This document shows positions 33,263-35,616 of a stretch of DNA of 35,616 bases, piece by piece. The translations under genes were made by a program, and so were the position numbers. Numbering within the stretch: the first letter of the stretch is position 1; each line of letters opens with the position of its first letter. This DNA comes from a virus (taxonomy: Duplodnaviria > Caudoviricetes): the IMG/VR virus record IMGVR_UViG_3300031519_000089, positions 1-35,616 of that record; one strand, written 5' to 3'. The notes under the pieces were generated by a model. The model had not been told where the DNA came from and made no database searches. It was given only the letters and a program-made list of their open reading frames with translations.

Positions 33263-35024
33263 AGAACTTACAGTAAAAAACTTTATGAGTGTGGGTAACC
33301 AGGCCCAAGCAATTAATTTTGATGATAAAAGTTTAGTGCTGGTTATCGGAGAGAACATGGATCTAGGTGGTGACGATGCAGGTGCTAGAAACGGTACAGG
33401 TAAAACTACTATTATCAATGCACTATCTTATGTGTTCTTTGGTGAAGCACTAACAAACATTAGAAGAGATAATCTTGTAAACAAAACTAACGGAAAAGGC
33501 ATGATAGTAAGTGTTAAGTTTATCAAGAACAACATAACCTACACTATTGAGCGAGGCAGAAAGCCACAAATATTTAAATTCTATGCCAACAATATTGAAC
33601 AGAATATTGAAAGCAACGAAGCACAAGGTGAAAACAGAGAAACACAACAAGAGATAAACAAGCTAATGGGAATGACCCATGCCATGTTTAAAAACATAAT
33701 TGCATTGAACACTTACACTCAACCTTTCTTATCAACCAAAGCAAACGAACAAAGAGAGATCATTGAACAGTTGCTTGGTATAACACTGCTATCTGAAAAG
33801 GCCGACCTTTTAAAAGAGAAGCAGAAAGCAACAAAACTACAACTAACAGAAGAAAAGATGAGAATAGATCAGGTAGTTGCATCAAATAAAAAGATAGAAG
33901 AATCGATCGAAAGTTTAAAAATAAGATCTAGTGCTTGGGCCAGTCAAAAAGAAGGCGACATAGCAAGTTTCCAAGAAGCAATAGCAGAACTGGACAAAGT
34001 GGACATCGTAAAAGAACTAGATGCACACAAGAGACTGTCCAAACACAACGAGATGCAAACTGCATTAAGAAGTTTAGAGAAGGAGAAAGCGTATCACGAG
34101 GATTCGTTGACCAAGGCAGAAAGCACAGTAGGAAAGACAGAGAAGGATCTAGAGTTTGCGGAAGCGGCCAAATGTCCCACCTGTGAACAAGAACTGCATG
34201 ACGACAAACACGAACATTTAGTTGGAAAACTGAAGACCACACTAACAGAGTCAAAAGAATACACAGAGAAACTTGTAGGCGACCTTGCAAAAATACAGCA
34301 GGATGTAGATAAAATAGGAGACCTAGGCAACATACCAGACACGTATTACGACACAATGGACGAAGCATACAATCACAAAGGTTCATTGCAGGATCTGAAA
34401 CGTCAGTTAGAACAGACTGAGAAAAAAGAGGACGTGTATGCAGAACAGGTTGAAGAATTAAACAAAAGTGCAATACAAAAAGTAGATTATGTAGTAGCAA
34501 ACGATTTAGAAGATTTACACAGACACCAAGATTTCTTGTATAAACTGTTAACAGCAAAAGATTCATTTATAAGAACAAGGATCATAGAACAAAACTTAAC
34601 ATACTTGAATCAGAGACTGGCACACTATCTGGGCAAGGTTAAACTACCGCACTCGGTAACTTTCCAAAGTGACTTGTCTGTGCAGATCGAGGAACTGGGC
34701 AGAGAACTAGACTTCGACAATTTAAGCAGAGGTGAGAGAAATAGATTGATATTGAGTTTGAGTTGGGCATTCAGAGATGTTTGGGAAAGTCTTTATCAAC
34801 AGATCAACTTGTTGTTCATTGACGAATTGATCGATGCTGGTATGGATATATCAGGTGTTGAGAGTTCCATGGCAGTTTTAAAAGACATGAGTAGGACACA
34901 GAAAAAGAATATTTTTTTAATATCTCACAAGGACGAATTGGTAAGCAGGGTAAACTCTGTGTTGAAAGTAGTAAAAGAGAATGGTTTTACCAACTATGCC
35001 AATGACGTTGACATAATTGTTTAA
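33249..35024 (+). CDS. gp46: Recombination endonuclease ATPase subunit, gp46 (Rad50/SbcC-like)
   Basis: Walker A NGTGKTT, coiled coils, zinc hook CPTC, signature LSRGE, Walker B LLFIDE, H-loop ISH. Confidence 0.95.
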   Translation: MLTIKELTVKNFMSVGNQAQAINFDDKSLVLVIGENMDLGGDDAGARNGTGKTTIINALSYVFFGEALTNIRRDNLVNKTNGKGMIVSVKFIKNNITYTIERGRKPQIFKFYANNIEQNIESNEAQGENRETQQEINKLMGMTHAMFKNIIALNTYTQPFLSTKANEQREIIEQLLGITLLSEKADLLKEKQKATKLQLTEEKMRIDQVVASNKKIEESIESLKIRSSAWASQKEGDIASFQEAIAELDKVDIVKELDAHKRLSKHNEMQTALRSLEKEKAYHEDSLTKAESTVGKTEKDLEFAEAAKCPTCEQELHDDKHEHLVGKLKTTLTESKEYTEKLVGDLAKIQQDVDKIGDLGNIPDTYYDTMDEAYNHKGSLQDLKRQLEQTEKKEDVYAEQVEELNKSAIQKVDYVVANDLEDLHRHQDFLYKLLTAKDSFIRTRIIEQNLTYLNQRLAHYLGKVKLPHSVTFQSDLSVQIEELGRELDFDNLSRGERNRLILSLSWAFRDVWESLYQQINLLFIDELIDAGMDISGVESSMAVLKDMSRTQKKNIFLISHKDELVSRVNSVLKVVKENGFTNYANDVDIIV

Positions 35025-35032
35025 TTTTTATG

Positions 35033-35062
35033 TTGACAGAACCACATCTTACGTGCTTTAAT
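35033..35062 (+). promoter_or_regulatory. Sigma70-type promoter upstream of the Hc1-like gene
   Basis: TTGACA (35033-35038), 18-nt spacer with extended -10 TG (35054-35055), TTTAAT (35057-35062). Confidence 0.6.
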
Positions 35063-35113
35063 AACACTAACGTTAATTAATGTTATCGTACGACAACTAA
35101 AGGAAGGACAAAT

Positions 35114-35308
35114 ATGTCACAAGAAACACATGACTCGATCATGACAGAGATCCAAACTTACTCAGAAGAGAATGGGAAGTTTGTAGACAAGGGTGTTAAA
35201 GCGTCTGCAACAAGAGCCAGAAAAGCATTAGCAAATCTTTCAAAGCTGATCAAAGCGAGAAGAAAAGAGATTCAAGAAGTTAAGAATGCGGCTAAAACAG
35301 CGGCGTAA
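35114..35308 (+). CDS. Histone H1-like Hc1-family small DNA-binding protein
   Basis: 64 aa; KFVDKGVKASATRARKALANLSKLIKARRKEIQE matches the Hc1-family core (KGxKAAxxRxRK). Strong Shine-Dalgarno AAGGAAGGA. Confidence 0.75.
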   Translation: MSQETHDSIMTEIQTYSEENGKFVDKGVKASATRARKALANLSKLIKARRKEIQEVKNAAKTAA

Positions 35309-35344
35309 TTAATTAATTTGTTGAATGCATTTAAAGATGGGATC

Positions 35345-35378
35345 AAGCCTTTACTTTTAAGTAGAGGCTTTTTCTTTT
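35345..35378 (+). terminator. Rho-independent terminator
   Basis: Stem AAGCCT-T-TACT, loop TTTA, AGTA-G-AGGCTT, followed by TTTCTTTT; lies between convergent genes. Confidence 0.75.
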
Positions 35379-35616
35379 AGTGTTCTATTTTTATATTAGA
35401 AATAAACGGATCTGAATCTAGAACAAGTTTAACAGTTTTCCCCACACCAGACACATTGTTTAAATTACCAATTGTGATATGAGAGGACCTAAAGCCTTCT
35501 CTGTTGGCCAGTTGCCTACTTCTTTCTTTTAAGGCGTTTTTCTCTATGCTGTACATCTCAAATTTGTCTGCTTCAAACTCCGCTGTACTACCTATGTTGA
35601 TGACTGTGTAATGTTT
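35377..35616 (-). CDS. Second SDR-family oxidoreductase, C-terminal part (partial; absent from the ORF track)
   Basis: Translated by hand: KHYTVINIGSTAEFEADKFEMYSIEKNALKERSRQLAN...SNIKIEH*. Shows VINIGS and YxxxK (YSIEK) SDR catalytic motifs. Confidence 0.7.
   Translation of the reverse strand, partial: KHYTVINIGSTAEFEADKFEMYSIEKNALKERSRQLANREGFRSSHITIGNLNNVSGVGKTVKLVLDSDPFISNIKIEH

Noticed and set aside
32362-34566. Minus-strand and alternate-frame ORFs within gp47/gp46 (e.g. 33928..34566, 33935..34186)
   Set aside because: Fully nested in well-supported genes, with atypical composition and no motifs.
34721-34740. LSRGE instead of LSGGE ABC signature in gp46 as an inactivating change
   Set aside because: Phage gp46 signatures vary at this position and all other ATPase motifs are intact.
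1-35616. Stop-codon reassignment, as seen in some large phages
   Set aside because: Genes are intact and densely packed under the standard code, and TAA, TAG (e.g. 1762, 33114) and TGA (2988) all end genes at sensible positions.
1-35616. tRNA, rRNA, CRISPR array, integrase/transposase, reverse transcriptase or DGR
   Set aside because: Intergenic gaps are nearly all short. By eye I saw no cloverleaf, repeat-spacer array, RT motif or template/variable repeat pair; a formal scan was not run.

Overview
This window is a fragment of a large, AT-rich, T4-like (myovirus, probably jumbo-class) bacteriophage genome read with the standard genetic code. Bases 1-30957 are a minus-strand tail/baseplate module. 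From right to left it encodes a tail-tube-initiator-like protein, gp53-like, gp27-like hub, gp5-like spike, gp25, gp6, a 4323-aa wedge protein, a 241-aa structural protein and three paralogous tail-fibre proteins. Between two of the fibre paralogs sits a tightly overlapping five-gene cassette: a Gly-rich adhesin-like protein ending in a Hedgehog-type Hint domain, an Asp/Asn beta-hydroxylase, an SDR, a GNAT-like protein and a 58-aa ORF. Bases 31102-35308 are a plus-strand block: gp55-like late sigma factor, gp47 (Mre11), a 53-aa ORF, gp46 (Rad50) and an Hc1-like histone protein. A terminator and the 3' end of a second SDR follow. The main candidates for novelty are (1) the Hint-adhesin plus modifying-enzyme cassette, a putative virion-tailoring system; (2) strong over-representation of a D-[G/D]-S-[T/S] motif in the giant wedge protein; (3) three unrelated self-cleaving domains (Hint, peptidase G2, peptidase S74) on three tail proteins; and (4) overlapping face-to-face sigma70-type and late promoters upstream of the late sigma gene. 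All family calls come from motif recognition by eye; no database search was run.
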